From Thermoanaerobaculia bacterium (lineage in GTDB: Bacteria > Acidobacteriota > Thermoanaerobaculia > UBA5066 > Gp7-AA6): a stretch of DNA of 64,000 nt. Within the stretch, counting starts at the first letter, position 1. Every line of letters begins with the position of its first letter. The notes beneath the pieces are model-generated. The model saw only the letters and a list, made by a program, of their open reading frames with translations. It ran no database searches and was not told the DNA's origin. Both the position numbers and the translations under genes were made by a program. Location of the stretch: the NCBI GenBank assembly GCA_035457525.1, contig DATIBN010000033.1, positions 1,061-65,060 of the forward strand, given 5' to 3'. Shown here piece after piece: positions 45,420-56,128 of this stretch.

Positions 45420-46436
45420 ATGGCCGTAGTCGAGACCCGCAGCCTCACGAAAGTCTTCCCGGGCGCCGAGTCGCCCGCCGTCGACTCCGTCGACCTCGTC
45501 AGCGCCGAAGGGGAGTTCCTGGTTCTCCTGGGCCCGTCGGGATCGGGCAAGACGACGGTCCTGCGCATGATCGCCGGCCTCGAGGACCCGACGTCCGGCG
45601 AGATCTTCATCGGCGGCCGGCTCGTGAACGCTCTCTCCCCCCGCGAGCGGCGCATCGCGATGGTCTTCCAGAGCTACGCGCTGTATCCGCACCTGACGGT
45701 CTTCCAGAACATCGCGTTTCCGCTGAAGGCCCAGGGAGTTCCGAAGTCGGAGCATCGGAGAAAGGTCGAGTGGGCGGCTTCGATCTTCGGGATCGAGAGG
45801 CTCCTCGGCCGGCGCCCGCGCGAGCTCTCCGGCGGCGAGAGGCAGCGCGTCGCGCTCGCCCGCGCGCTGGTGCGCGAGCCGGCGCTCTTCCTCCTGGACG
45901 AGCCGCTTTCGAACCTCGACGCGAAGCTGCGGGCCACGGCGCGGGAGGAGCTCCAGAAATTCCAGCGGCAGATCGCGACGACCACGGTCTACGTGACCCA
46001 CGACCAGGTCGAGGCGATGGCGCTCGGAGACCGGGTGGTCGTCATGGACCGCGGACGGGTCCGGCAGATCGGGACTCCGGCCGAGGTCTACGACGACCCG
46101 GCGGACACCTTCGTCGCGACGTTTCTCGGATCTCCCCCCATGAACCTGATGGAGGACGGCGCGGTCACCGTCGGCTTCCGGCCGGAGCACTTCCGTCCGG
46201 CGGACGGAGGGGAGCGCGAGGAGCTGCGGGCTCCGTTCACGATCGAGCACATCGAATATCTCGGGGCCGATCGGCTCCTCTACGGATCGCTCGGCGGACG
46301 ATTCGCCGGTCGGACGGCGTTCTCCCGGCTCCCGTCCTACCGGTCCGCGCCCGCCGTCGGGACGACGCTCGACTTCGTCGTCGAGGCGGGGGGGCTGAAG
46401 CTCTTCGAGACGGCGTCCGGAAAGCGCCGGAAGTGA
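45420..46436 (+). CDS. ABC transporter ATP-binding protein (MalK/UgpC-like)
   Basis: GPSGSGKTT Walker A, LSGGERQRVALARAL signature, and C-terminal TOBE-like domain. Confidence 0.9.
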   Translation: MAVVETRSLTKVFPGAESPAVDSVDLVSAEGEFLVLLGPSGSGKTTVLRMIAGLEDPTSGEIFIGGRLVNALSPRERRIAMVFQSYALYPHLTVFQNIAFPLKAQGVPKSEHRRKVEWAASIFGIERLLGRRPRELSGGERQRVALARALVREPALFLLDEPLSNLDAKLRATAREELQKFQRQIATTTVYVTHDQVEAMALGDRVVVMDRGRVRQIGTPAEVYDDPADTFVATFLGSPPMNLMEDGAVTVGFRPEHFRPADGGEREELRAPFTIEHIEYLGADRLLYGSLGGRFAGRTAFSRLPSYRSAPAVGTTLDFVVEAGGLKLFETASGKRRK

Positions 46437-47311
46437 CCGCACGAACGGGCTCGCGCCTCGGTGCGGCCCTTCTCCTCCCCGCCGTCGTCTACATCGCCGC
46501 CCTCGTGGGGCTCCCGTTCTTCCTCGCGCTCTTCTACAGCGTGAGCGACGTCAAGGTCGCGAGCGACGAGATTCACTTCGTCGGCCTGCGGAACTTCGCC
46601 GACGTGCTCGCCACCCCCGCGTTCCGCCGCGCCCTGCGGAACTCCTTCGTCTTCACCGTCCTCTCGCAGGTTTTCGTGCTCGCGGGCGCGACCACGCTGG
46701 CGCTGGCGCTCAAGGAGGCGTTCCGGACGCGCCGCGTCGTGCGATTCCTCATCCTGCTGCCGTGGGTGGCGCCGATCTCACTCGGCTCGATCGGGTGGAA
46801 GTGGCTCCTCGACTCGATCTACAGCGTGTTCAACTGGTTCCTGACGCGGCTCCATCTGGTGGAGACTCCGCCCATGTGGCTCGGCGAGCCGGGTCTCGCC
46901 ATGGCGTCCGTCGTCCTCGTGCACACGTGGCGGATGCTGCCTTTTGCGACCGTCGTCCTTCTCGCCGGGCTCACGTCCATCCCCCGGGACATCCCGGAGG
47001 CGGCCGCGATGGACGGCGCGGGGTTCTGGCGGACGCACTTCCAGATCACCCTGCCCATGATCCGGCCGATCATCCTCGTCGCGCTCCTCTTCGGGGTGAT
47101 CTTCACGTTCACGGACATGACCGTCGTGTACATCCTGACGCGCGGCGGGCCCTACGACACGACGCAGGTGCTGCCGTCGCTCGCCTTCTTCACGGGCATC
47201 CTCGGCGGCGACCTCTCGGGGGGCGCGGCGATCTCACTGTTTCTCTTCCCCCTGCTCGTGCTGGCGGCTTTTCTGATGCTGCGAACCTCGCGACGGGGCG
47301 AGGTCACGTGA
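46433..47311 (+). CDS. ABC transporter permease (MalF/UgpA-like)
   Basis: EAA-type loop (AAMDGAGFWRTHFQITLPMIRP). GTG start overlaps the ATPase stop. Confidence 0.85.
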   Translation: MTARTGSRLGAALLLPAVVYIAALVGLPFFLALFYSVSDVKVASDEIHFVGLRNFADVLATPAFRRALRNSFVFTVLSQVFVLAGATTLALALKEAFRTRRVVRFLILLPWVAPISLGSIGWKWLLDSIYSVFNWFLTRLHLVETPPMWLGEPGLAMASVVLVHTWRMLPFATVVLLAGLTSIPRDIPEAAAMDGAGFWRTHFQITLPMIRPIILVALLFGVIFTFTDMTVVYILTRGGPYDTTQVLPSLAFFTGILGGDLSGGAAISLFLFPLLVLAAFLMLRTSRRGEVT

Positions 47312-48153
47312 GGCGCGTGGGCCGGGCGCGGGGCCCGCGCGCCGCGCACCTCTTCGTCGTCGCGCTCTTCGCGGTCTTCCTGTCGTTCCCGTTCTACTGG
47401 ATGCTCGTCACCTCGTTCAAACGAACGGGCGACCTGTACGACCTCGGGAACAACCCGCTCCTCTTCAATGAGCCGCCGACGCTCGAACACTGGAAGCTCC
47501 TCTTCACGGAGACGCTCTACGGCCGCTGGCTGGGAAACACCGCCCTGATCGGCGTTCTGGTCGTGGCGATCACGCTCCTCCTCGCCGTTCCCGCCGCGTA
47601 CAGCCTGGCGCGCCTGACCGGGAAGTGGGGAGAGCGCGCCGGGATCGGGATGTTCCTCATGTACCTGGTTCCCCCGACTCTTCTCTTCATCCCGCTGTCG
47701 CGGGTCGTCGTGACGCTCGGGGTGCAGGACTCGATCTGGGCTCTCGTGATCGTCTATCCGACTTTCACCGTCCCGTTCTCGACGTGGCTGCTGATGGGGT
47801 TCTTCAAGTCCATACCCCGGGACCTGGAGGACGCGGCTCGGGTCGACGGTCTCTCGCGATTCCAGACCTTTGCGAAGCTCGTGGTGCCCATCTCCTATTC
47901 GGGGATCCTGACGATCGCGATCTTCTCGTTTACCCTCGTGCTCCAGGAGTTCGTGTACGCGCTGACCTTCGTTTCTTCGGCCTCCCAGCAGACGGTGAGC
48001 GTGGGTGTCCCGATCTACCTCGTGCGAGGAGACGTCTACTACTGGGGCTCGCTCATGGCGGCGTGCCTGCTCGCGAGCGTGCCCGTGGCCATCGTCTACA
48101 ACCTCTTCCTGGACCGGTTCATCGCCGGGTTCACGGCGGGCGCGATCAAATGA
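47308..48153 (+). CDS. ABC transporter permease (MalG/UgpE-like)
   Basis: EAA loop (EDAARVDGLSRFQTFAKLVVPIS). GTG start overlaps the upstream stop. Confidence 0.85.
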   Translation: MRRVGRARGPRAAHLFVVALFAVFLSFPFYWMLVTSFKRTGDLYDLGNNPLLFNEPPTLEHWKLLFTETLYGRWLGNTALIGVLVVAITLLLAVPAAYSLARLTGKWGERAGIGMFLMYLVPPTLLFIPLSRVVVTLGVQDSIWALVIVYPTFTVPFSTWLLMGFFKSIPRDLEDAARVDGLSRFQTFAKLVVPISYSGILTIAIFSFTLVLQEFVYALTFVSSASQQTVSVGVPIYLVRGDVYYWGSLMAACLLASVPVAIVYNLFLDRFIAGFTAGAIK

Positions 48154-48278
48154 GCCGCGCGGCGCGGAGCGAGCGCGCGGCTCATCCCGAGGGCCGAAGG
48201 CCCGAGGGATCTCTCGATCTCTTCGCCCGGGCGCCGGACGCGGCCGCTCGATAGAATTCGCCCCGATCGGGGGGAAAC

Positions 48279-50240
48279 ATGACGAGTCCGCCGGACAAAG
48301 CAATCGAAGCCCTGCTCGACGAGGATCGCGAGTTCCCGCCGCCCGAGGACTTCGCCCGGCAGGCGAACGTTCAGGACCCCTCCATTTATCGGACGGCGGA
48401 TCGCGACTTCGAGAAGTTCTGGGAGGACTTCGCGCACGAGCTCTCCTGGTACAAGCCGTGGAAACGCGTCCTCGACTGGAAGCCTCCCCGGGCGGAGTGG
48501 TTCGTGGGGGGGAAGATCAACGCGTCGGTCAACTGCCTCGACCGCCACGTCGCCGGTCCGCGCAAGAACAAGGCCGCCTTGATCTGGGAGGGGGAACCCG
48601 GGGATCAGAGGACGCTCACCTACCGCGAGCTCCTGCGGGAGGTCTCGAAGTTCGCCAACGTCCTGAAATCGCTGGGCGTCGACAAGGGCGACCGCGTCAC
48701 CCTCTACCTGCCGATGATCCCGGAGCTTCCGATCGCGATGCTCGCTTGCGCGCGGATCGGAGCGATCCACTCGGTCGTCTTCGGCGGCTTTTCGGCCGAG
48801 TCGTTGAGGGATCGCATCAACGACCAGGAGGCGAAGGTCCTCGTCACCGCCGACGGCGGCTGGAGGCGCGGCAACGTCGTCCAGCTCAAGCGGATCGCGG
48901 ACGAGGCGCTCGAGTCCACGCCGTCGATCGAATCGGTCGTCGTCGTGAAGCGGACGGGGCTCGGCGTCGCCATCGACGAGAAGCGCGACCACTGGTGGCA
49001 CGACCTGATGGCGAAGGCCTCCGCCCACTGCCCGCCCGAGAAGATGGACTCGGAAGATCCCCTCTACATCCTCTATACGTCGGGCACGACCGGGAAGCCG
49101 AAGGGAATCCTCCACACCACCGGCGGCTACCTCGTGGGCACGTACGCCACCTCGAAGTGGGTCTTCGACCTGAAGGACGAGGACGTCTACTGGTGCACGG
49201 CGGATATCGGCTGGGTCACCGGCCACTCGTACGTCGTTTACGGCCCGCTCGCGAACGGCGCGACGTGCCTGATCTACGAGGGCGCCCCCGACACCCCGGC
49301 CCGAGACCGCTTCTGGGACCTGATCGAGCGGCACGGCGTCACCATCCTCTACACGGCTCCCACCGCGATCCGGGCGTTCATGAAGTGGGGGACCGAGTGG
49401 CCCGAAAAGCATGACCTGTCGTCACTTCGGCTGCTCGGGACGGTAGGGGAGCCCATCAACCCGGAGGCCTGGATCTGGTACCAGGAGAACATCGGCAAGG
49501 GCCGCTGCCCCGTCGTGGACACGTGGTGGCAGACCGAGACGGGAATGATCCTGATCACGCCGCTGCCCGGCCTGACGAAGACGCGCCCGGGCTCGGCGAC
49601 TTTTCCTTTCCCGGGGGTGCGGGCATCCGTTCTCGATCCCTCTGGCACCGAAGTCCCCGTCGGCGGCGGTTACCTCGCGATCACGCGCCCGTGGCCGGCG
49701 ATGCTGCGGACGATCTGGAGGGACGACGAGAGATACGTGCAGACGTACTGGTCGCGATGGGGGCCCGAAATCTACTTCCCCGGCGACGGAGCGAAGCGGG
49801 ACGAGGAGGGGTACTTCTGGCTCCTCGGCCGCGTGGACGACGTCATGAACGTCGCGGGCCACCGCATCGGAACGATGGAGGTCGAGTCCGCGCTCGTGGA
49901 CCACGATTCCGTGGCGGAGTCGGCGGTCGTCGGGATCTCGGACGATTTGAAGGGCACGGCGATCGCCGCGTTCGTGATCCTGAAGGAGAAGAAGGCGGGC
50001 GAAGCGGACGCAGACTTCGAGATCGAGCTGCGGGCGCACGTGGCGAAAAAGATCGGGGCGATCGCCCGGCCCGACAAGCTCTTCTTCGTGGCGGACCTCC
50101 CCAAGACGCGTTCCGGGAAGATCATGAGAAGGCTGCTGCGTGACATCGCAGAAGGACGTGTGCTCGGCGACACGACGACGCTCGCCGACTCGTCGGTGGT
50201 CGAGACCTTGAAGTCGCAGTACGAGGAGGGGGAGGGGTAG
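48279..50240 (+). CDS. acs: acetyl-CoA synthetase (AMP-forming)
   Basis: [14 protein letters not shown]-binding motif and WWQTETG. 653 aa. Confidence 0.9.
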   Translation: MTSPPDKAIEALLDEDREFPPPEDFARQANVQDPSIYRTADRDFEKFWEDFAHELSWYKPWKRVLDWKPPRAEWFVGGKINASVNCLDRHVAGPRKNKAALIWEGEPGDQRTLTYRELLREVSKFANVLKSLGVDKGDRVTLYLPMIPELPIAMLACARIGAIHSVVFGGFSAESLRDRINDQEAKVLVTADGGWRRGNVVQLKRIADEALESTPSIESVVVVKRTGLGVAIDEKRDHWWHDLMAKASAHCPPEKMDSEDPLYILYTSGTTGKPKGILHTTGGYLVGTYATSKWVFDLKDEDVYWCTADIGWVTGHSYVVYGPLANGATCLIYEGAPDTPARDRFWDLIERHGVTILYTAPTAIRAFMKWGTEWPEKHDLSSLRLLGTVGEPINPEAWIWYQENIGKGRCPVVDTWWQTETGMILITPLPGLTKTRPGSATFPFPGVRASVLDPSGTEVPVGGGYLAITRPWPAMLRTIWRDDERYVQTYWSRWGPEIYFPGDGAKRDEEGYFWLLGRVDDVMNVAGHRIGTMEVESALVDHDSVAESAVVGISDDLKGTAIAAFVILKEKKAGEADADFEIELRAHVAKKIGAIARPDKLFFVADLPKTRSGKIMRRLLRDIAEGRVLGDTTTLADSSVVETLKSQYEEGEG

Positions 50241-50262
50241 AAACTTCTCGTCGCGACGGGAA

Positions 50263-50301
50263 CCCCTCACCCCCGGCCCCCTCTCCCCGGCGGGGAGAGG
50301 G
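50263..50301. terminator. GC-rich hairpin repeat (second copy) acting as a likely bidirectional terminator between convergent acs and bfr
   Basis: cccctcacccccggcc + ccctctccccg / cggggagaggg hairpin. The same leader and arms occur at 11675-11810. Confidence 0.5.
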
Positions 50302-50317
50302 TGCAACCTTCGGCGAT

Positions 50318-50806
50318 TTAGGTGAGCTCTCTCTTTGCGGCGCCGGAGCCGGAAGCGTAAGTCTCGACTTCTCCGGGCCGACGCAGCATCTTGTCCACTT
50401 CGGCGAGGTGCATCGACTCTTCGGTGATCAGCCGCCGCGCGTACTCTTCGAGCATGATGTCGCGGCCCGCGACGAGTTCGAGCAGCCTCTGGTAGAGCGC
50501 CAGTCCGACGCGCTCGTTGTCGAGCGCCTCCCGCAGGATGTCTCCGACGTCGTGACGATGGGTCTCGAGCAGCTTGCCGATCGAGAGCGACGGGTGCTCG
50601 CCCAGGAGGGTGATCATCTCGCCGGCCTGCTGAGCGTGGCCGATCGACTCCGTGGCCTGCTCCCGGAGCCACGAGACGATCGGGATCCGGTTGTACCCGT
50701 AGACCATGAACGAGTAGTGGGTGTATCGCACGACGCCGGCGAGCTCGGCTTCGAGGATCCGGTTCAGAACGTCGATCACCCCTTTTTTGTCGATCTTCTC
50801 TTCCAT
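50318..50806 (-). CDS. bacterioferritin / ferritin-like diiron protein
   Basis: Ferritin-like four-helix-bundle motifs (ELAGVVRYTHYSFMVYG ... ESMHLAEVDKMLR). Confidence 0.7.
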   Translation of the reverse strand: MEEKIDKKGVIDVLNRILEAELAGVVRYTHYSFMVYGYNRIPIVSWLREQATESIGHAQQAGEMITLLGEHPSLSIGKLLETHRHDVGDILREALDNERVGLALYQRLLELVAGRDIMLEEYARRLITEESMHLAEVDKMLRRPGEVETYASGSGAAKRELT

Positions 50807-50922
50807 GCGGACCCTCCGTGTCAGTGTGTCCTCGGGTCGGGGCAGCGATCTTATCCGTGGCGCGCGTCACAATCGAAAAAATTGGATACCTTCCCGCTGA
50901 CGACCGGCTAGAATCTGAGCAG

Positions 50923-52077
50923 TTGAAACAAACCGAGGGCGTTCTGGACGGCCGCACACTCGGTCGGCTGGATCGCTGGCGGTACGCGCGAGCCCTCTTC
51001 GTGAGACCCGACGGGGTCGAGGCGGAACGCGCGGTTGCCCTGGCGTTCGGTCGGCGGTGGTCGCGTGCCCAGGTGTACGGGCGGGCGCGCCGCCTCCTCA
51101 TGGAGGCGGACCCGGAATCGTTCCTCAATCGCATGCAGGACACGCTCGGGCCGCTCGCGCACAACGTCCGCGTCGCTCCGGAGGACCCGCGCCAGACGAA
51201 GTGGGACGCGATGTCGAACCTCGCGCCGCTTTCCCGGGCGAAGAGCGAGGTCCGCGCCCTCTGGTTCGCCGATCTCCTTCGCGGCGGCGACTTCTTCGCG
51301 AAGTTTCAGCCGATCGCGGAGCTCGCGGATGGAGACGTGATCGGGTACGAGGGACTCCTGCGCGGCCACACCCAGTCGGCGAGCCGGCCGTCGGCGGAGA
51401 TGTTCCCCGCCGCGCGCGCTCTCCGGGTCGAGCGTCCCTTCGAGACGCTGTCGTGGCTCTCGGTGCTCGAGTCGGCCGCGGCGCTGCCCCGGGAGTCCCG
51501 GCTGTTCCTGAACGTGAACCCGCAGCTCTTCGGCGAGGAAGGGGAAGGGTTGCTCGGTCTGTGGCGCGCTCTCGACGAGTACAGCTTCCCGGCGTCGCGG
51601 CTGGTCCTCGATCTCGTCGAGGTGGAAAACGTCTCCTCGCTCGAGAGTCTCGCGCGCGCCGTCGCGCAGGCGCGGGAGCAGGGCGCGAGCGTCGCGCTCG
51701 ACGACGTGACTTCTCCCTACCGCACGATCCAGCTCTGCGAGTCCTTCCGGCCGCAGTGGGCGAAGGTGGATTGCGACATCACGCGGGGCGTGGCGCGGGA
51801 CGTGCGGCGCCGGACGATCCTGAAGTTCTTCGGCCGTCTGGCGCGCCACTTCTCGTTCGGCCTGATCGCGGAAGGCGTGGAAAACGCGGCCGATCTGGAC
51901 GTCTGCCTTTCCGCCGGGGTGGTCGCGGCCCAGGGGTATTTCGTGGGCCATCCCAAGCCGGAGCCGGAGGCTCCCGAGGCCGCTTTCCTCGACTGGATCG
52001 CCTCCCGCGCGGAGGCGGCGGCCGTCGATTCCGACGAGAAGATGGACGCGCCCGAGACGGAAGAACGCGCCTCCTGA
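50923..52077 (+). CDS. EAL-domain protein (c-di-GMP phosphodiesterase-like, EGL variant)
   Basis: FQPIAELADGDVIGYEGLLRG, with DDVTS and EGVEN EAL-domain motifs. Start uncertain. The track start at 50818 would crowd the divergent bfr start and an AT-rich promoter-like tract. Confidence 0.65.
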   Translation: MKQTEGVLDGRTLGRLDRWRYARALFVRPDGVEAERAVALAFGRRWSRAQVYGRARRLLMEADPESFLNRMQDTLGPLAHNVRVAPEDPRQTKWDAMSNLAPLSRAKSEVRALWFADLLRGGDFFAKFQPIAELADGDVIGYEGLLRGHTQSASRPSAEMFPAARALRVERPFETLSWLSVLESAAALPRESRLFLNVNPQLFGEEGEGLLGLWRALDEYSFPASRLVLDLVEVENVSSLESLARAVAQAREQGASVALDDVTSPYRTIQLCESFRPQWAKVDCDITRGVARDVRRRTILKFFGRLARHFSFGLIAEGVENAADLDVCLSAGVVAAQGYFVGHPKPEPEAPEAAFLDWIASRAEAAAVDSDEKMDAPETEERAS

Positions 52078-52460
52078 CCGCTGCCGAATCGGTCCGCCTC
52101 GACGTCTGGCTGGACGTGGCCTGCATCTTCCCGACCCGGTCCCGGGCGAAAGCCGCGTGCGAAGGGGGGAAGGTGGACGTCAACGGCGCTCGCGCCAAGC
52201 CGCACCGGCTCGTTCGCGAAGGAGATCGCGTCCAGGTTACGACCGGTCCGGCGCGTCGGCGCTCGCTCGTGGTCCGAGGCGTCGCTGACCGCTCCATTCC
52301 GAAGGCGGCTGCCCGCGCGCTGTACGAGGACGTGACGCCTCCTCCGTCCCCCGAGGAGATCGAAATTCGGAAGATGGAACGCATCTTCGCGCCATCGGCC
52401 GGAGCCGGCCGCCCGGACCGGCGGGAGAGACAGGAGCGCCGCCGCCGAAAAGGGTGGTGA
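52074..52460 (+). CDS. S4-domain RNA-binding protein (Hsp15-like)
   Basis: VRLDVWLDVACIFPTRSRAKAACEGGKVDVNG S4 motif. No ATG/GTG before the domain, so a CTG or other unusual start is possible. Confidence 0.5.
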   Translation: MTAAESVRLDVWLDVACIFPTRSRAKAACEGGKVDVNGARAKPHRLVREGDRVQVTTGPARRRSLVVRGVADRSIPKAAARALYEDVTPPPSPEEIEIRKMERIFAPSAGAGRPDRRERQERRRRKGW

Positions 52461-52476
52461 GCGGTAAACTCCCTCC

Positions 52477-52764
52477 GTGGACTTCGAGCTCCTCTGTCCC
52501 TGCTGCGGCGCGCGACTCAAGGTCGACCCGGACCTGAAGGCCGTCATCGCCCACGAGGCGCCGAAGGTCGCGCGCAAGTTCGAGACGGTCGACGCCGCGA
52601 TCGAGGGACTGAAGACCCACGACGCCGAGCGCGAGAAGAAGTTCGCCGCCTCCGTCGAAGCGGAGAAGAGCAAGCGTGACGTCCTGAACCGCAAGTTCGA
52701 AGAGCTCTTCGAGAAGACGAAGGGCGACACCTCGAAACCCATCCGCGACATCGACCTCGATTGA
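52477..52764 (+). CDS. small zinc-ribbon hypothetical protein
   Basis: MDFELLCPCCGARLKV N-terminus, then a charged helical tail. Confidence 0.4.
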   Translation: MDFELLCPCCGARLKVDPDLKAVIAHEAPKVARKFETVDAAIEGLKTHDAEREKKFAASVEAEKSKRDVLNRKFEELFEKTKGDTSKPIRDIDLD

Positions 52765-53282
52765 CCGCTTCGATCGCGGTCTTCGGCTCGAGCCGAGCCG
52801 ACGAAGACAGTCCGGACTACCCGAACGCCATCGCCGTCGGGCGCGAGATCGCCGAACGCGGAGGCCGGGTCGTCTGCGGGGGCGGCGGCGGGATCATGGA
52901 GGCGGTCTGCCGCGGCGCGGCGGAAGCGGGGGGGAGGAGCCTCGGAGTCGTGATCGGCGACGCCGCACCGAACCGCTGGGTCACGGACGTTCTGCGGGAA
53001 CCGGACATCGCGGCGCGCCTCCGCCGGCTCCGGGACGAATCCTCGGCGGCGATCTTCCTGCCCCGGGGCCTGGGCACGATGCTCGAGCTCGCCGGGATGG
53101 CGGAGTCGGTCGTGAAGGGCGAAATCGCGCCGCGGCCGCTCGTGTTCCTCGGCCTCTTCTGGCGGCGCGCCGTCGCGCTCGCACTCTCCGAGGCAGCGGG
53201 GCCGGGCGCGGACGCGCTCGCGAAGAGCATCCGCTTCGTGAACTCCCCGGGCGAGGCGGTCGAGGAGGCCTACCGGGCCTGA
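52761..53282 (+). CDS. LOG-family (TIGR00730) cytokinin riboside 5'-monophosphate phosphoribohydrolase-like protein
   Basis: IAVFGSSR ... GGGGGIMEAV ... PGGLGTMLEL-like motifs. Confidence 0.8.
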   Translation: MTASIAVFGSSRADEDSPDYPNAIAVGREIAERGGRVVCGGGGGIMEAVCRGAAEAGGRSLGVVIGDAAPNRWVTDVLREPDIAARLRRLRDESSAAIFLPRGLGTMLELAGMAESVVKGEIAPRPLVFLGLFWRRAVALALSEAAGPGADALAKSIRFVNSPGEAVEEAYRA

Positions 53283-54235
53283 TAGGCCATTTCGCGAAGC
53301 AGCGCGATTCTCTTCGCGATGGGCGGATGCGTCGCGAGGAGCTCGGCCAGGCCGCCCTCGCGCTCGTTGACGCGTCGCCCGCGCGGGTCCGCGATGCAGA
53401 GGTGCGCGACGCCCTGCTTGATGGAGGGCGTCGGCTCCTTCGCCGCGTCGATCTTCTCGAGCGCCGAAGCGAGCGCCCCGGGGTTGCGCGTCAGCTCCGA
53501 CCCGGAGGCATCCGCCAGGTACTCCCGCTCGCGGGACACGGCCATCGCGACCAGGCGGGCGATCAGCGGCGCGAGGAGGATCGAGACGATCCAGAGCACG
53601 AGGAAGACGAGCATCACGGCCCCGCCCCCCCCGCCGCTGCGGCTCGATCGGCGACGTCCGCCGCCCCACCGGATCCCCCGCCTTCCAAAGTCCGAGATCA
53701 GCAGAACGGACCCGACGAGCGCGGCGACGACGGTCATGAGGCGCACGTCGTAGTTCTTCACGTGCGCCATCTCGTGAGAAACGACGGCCTGCAGCTCCTC
53801 CCGGTTGAGCGCCTCGATGAGCCCCGCCGTGACCGCGACCGACGACTTTTCCGGCCCGGACCCCGTGGCGAACGCGTTGGGGTCGTGATCCGGAATGACG
53901 TACACGGCCGGCTTCGGCAGCCCGCCGGCGATCGCCATTTCCTCGACGATGTTGTCGAGCTGCTGCTGGCCCGGGTCGCTTCGATCGACCGGACGGGCGT
54001 TCGCGGACTCGAGCACCGCGCGGTCTCCGGCCCGGAGCGCCCAGAGTGAGGACCCGGCGCCGAAGAGGAGGGCTCCGATGGTCGCGATCGGGAACCCCGG
54101 CCCGGCGCCGGAGCCGTAGAGGAAGAAGTCCGCGCCGATCCCCAGGAATGCGAGGAACGCGACGAAGCCGGCGAGGAAGCCGGTCGTGCGGCGGAGGTTT
54201 CTCTTCTGCTGCTCGAAGAGGTTGGTGCCGGTCAA
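53270..54235 (-). CDS. M48-family zinc metalloprotease (HtpX-like)
   Basis: HEMAHV zinc motif and TM helices. Gly/Arg-rich insert. Confidence 0.85.
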   Translation of the reverse strand: MTGTNLFEQQKRNLRRTTGFLAGFVAFLAFLGIGADFFLYGSGAGPGFPIATIGALLFGAGSSLWALRAGDRAVLESANARPVDRSDPGQQQLDNIVEEMAIAGGLPKPAVYVIPDHDPNAFATGSGPEKSSVAVTAGLIEALNREELQAVVSHEMAHVKNYDVRLMTVVAALVGSVLLISDFGRRGIRWGGGRRRSSRSGGGGGAVMLVFLVLWIVSILLAPLIARLVAMAVSREREYLADASGSELTRNPGALASALEKIDAAKEPTPSIKQGVAHLCIADPRGRRVNEREGGLAELLATHPPIAKRIALLREMAYQAR

Positions 54236-54263
54236 CGGCGGCGTGATTTCCGCGCCACGCTTC

Positions 54264-54845
54264 CTACTGCGGCCGGATGTTCAGATCGACCTTCGGCACC
54301 TCGCGCTCCGCCGGCTCCTGGATCTCGTAGAGCTCCACCGGCTGGAACTTGAAAGTCTGCGCGATCAGGCTGTCCGGAAAGACCTGCTGGGCCGTGTTGT
54401 AGCGCGTGGCGACGTCATTGTAGTACTGGCGTGCGAAGCCGACCTTGTTCTCCGTGGACGTCAGCTCCTCCATGAGGGTGCGCACGCTCTCGTTCGCCTT
54501 GAGGTTGGGGTAGTTCTCGGCGAGCGCGAAGAGGCGGGAGAGCGTCTGGGTGAGGGCGTTCTCCTTTTCGGCGGTGTCGGCGACGCCGCGCGCCGCGACC
54601 GCGCTGTTGCGCGCGGCGATGACCTTCTCGAGCGTGTCCTGCTCGAACTGCATCTCCCCCCGGACCGCCGCGATGAGGTTCGGGATCAGGTCGTGCCGCC
54701 GCTTCAACTGCACGTCGATCTGCTTCCAGGCGTTGGCGACCTGGTACTTGAGCGCGACGAGGTTGTTGTAGCGCCAGATCGCCCAGATCGCGGCGAATAC
54801 CGCGATGAGGACCAGGAAAAGAAAACAGCCTCCGATTGCTCCCAT
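54264..54845 (-). CDS. LemA family protein
   Basis: N-terminal TM, then the conserved LemA core (RYNNLVALKYQVANAWKQIDVQLKRRHDLIPNL ... ENYPNLKANE). Confidence 0.85.
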   Translation of the reverse strand: MGAIGGCFLFLVLIAVFAAIWAIWRYNNLVALKYQVANAWKQIDVQLKRRHDLIPNLIAAVRGEMQFEQDTLEKVIAARNSAVAARGVADTAEKENALTQTLSRLFALAENYPNLKANESVRTLMEELTSTENKVGFARQYYNDVATRYNTAQQVFPDSLIAQTFKFQPVELYEIQEPAEREVPKVDLNIRPQ

Positions 54846-54857
54846 TAGTGCCCCTCG

Positions 54858-55994
54858 CTAGGCATTCAGGCCCTGTTTCAACTCCCGGGCGAGGATCTCG
54901 ACGGCCGAGCGTTTTCCGGCCGTCATCTTCTCGCGCCACACCGTTTCCGTTTCGAAGCGTCGGTCGCCGATCGACTCCGACCACGGCCGCAGCGCCGCGT
55001 CGAGCTCGCCCGCGGACCAGACGTCGCCGCCGCGCTTGCGGATCATCGAGATGACGTAGGGGACCGTCCGGATGAAGGCGCGTAGCGCGGTCGAGCTCTT
55101 GATCGAGTACTTGCGCCCGTGGAACGCGGTCGGGAAGGCGCGGGCGGCCGCCTTGAAGTAGTTGAGAAAAAACCGCCTCGAGTTCTCGCGGAACTCGCGG
55201 GCCGTTCGACCTCCGGCCGAATCCATCGCGGCGAAGACGTCCCGCAGCTCGTCGGCGAGCGACGCCTGGGTCACGCTCCCACGCCCGATGCCGAGCACCT
55301 TGATCTGGCCGCGCAGGGGGGAGCCGTCGTCCTCGTTCAGCGTGCGGATGACGTCGTGCGCGGCGGCGAGGTTCTCGTCCCGGTAGAGCCGGCGGCCGGA
55401 GAGCGAGATCAGGTGCGACGGGTTCAACTTGGTGTGCTTGCTGTTGATCGTGACGAAGAGCTCGACGACCTGGTCGGCCGTCAGGTTGTCGAAGACGACC
55501 GCGGGGACCTGGAAGTCCTTCAGGTTGTGTTTCTCGGCGAGCTGATGCAGCGCCAGGAGCCGGTGCTGTCCGTCGAGCGCGCGCAGGATGCCGGACTCCT
55601 CCGGCAGCTTGAGTGTCCCCGAATCGCCGCGGCCTCCGGAAGGCGAAAACTCGAGCCGCCGATCCGAGACGAGGAGGACGCTGCCGGGAATCGCCGGCAG
55701 GGTGCCGGAGTCGGCGCACTGGAGGTAATACGTGACGAGCTCGTCGATCTTCTTGCGGATGATCGGCCGCTGGTAGGCGTGCTCGGACGCGGAGATGCGC
55801 TTTTCCAGTAGCTCCCAGTTGACCCGCGCCGCCTTGGCCTGTTTTGCGTGGCCGCGGGTGGTCTGGCCCGCCAGCCCGAACGAGAGCACCTCGAACCCGA
55901 CGAGCGACTGGAGGTCCGCTCCCGAGAGGAGGGCCTCGTAAAAACTCACCCCGAACTGGTTCAGCCGGAGAGAAGGAACCGAGAGCATCCCCAA
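54858..55994 (-). CDS. DGQHR-domain protein (DndB-like)
   Basis: LDGQHRL motif and FVTINSKHTKL. 378 aa. No dndCDE nearby. Confidence 0.75.
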   Translation of the reverse strand: MGMLSVPSLRLNQFGVSFYEALLSGADLQSLVGFEVLSFGLAGQTTRGHAKQAKAARVNWELLEKRISASEHAYQRPIIRKKIDELVTYYLQCADSGTLPAIPGSVLLVSDRRLEFSPSGGRGDSGTLKLPEESGILRALDGQHRLLALHQLAEKHNLKDFQVPAVVFDNLTADQVVELFVTINSKHTKLNPSHLISLSGRRLYRDENLAAAHDVIRTLNEDDGSPLRGQIKVLGIGRGSVTQASLADELRDVFAAMDSAGGRTAREFRENSRRFFLNYFKAAARAFPTAFHGRKYSIKSSTALRAFIRTVPYVISMIRKRGGDVWSAGELDAALRPWSESIGDRRFETETVWREKMTAGKRSAVEILARELKQGLNA

Positions 55995-56128
55995 CCTCCT
56001 GTACCGCCGCCCGGCTAAGTCTCGCCGGCGGAACGGCTTGGAACGGCCGCTCCCGTCATGGACTCCACGCGTCCGTGGCGCGGATTATATGCAAACGGGT
56101 TTTCGGGCCTCCGGCCCCGAAATTCGGC

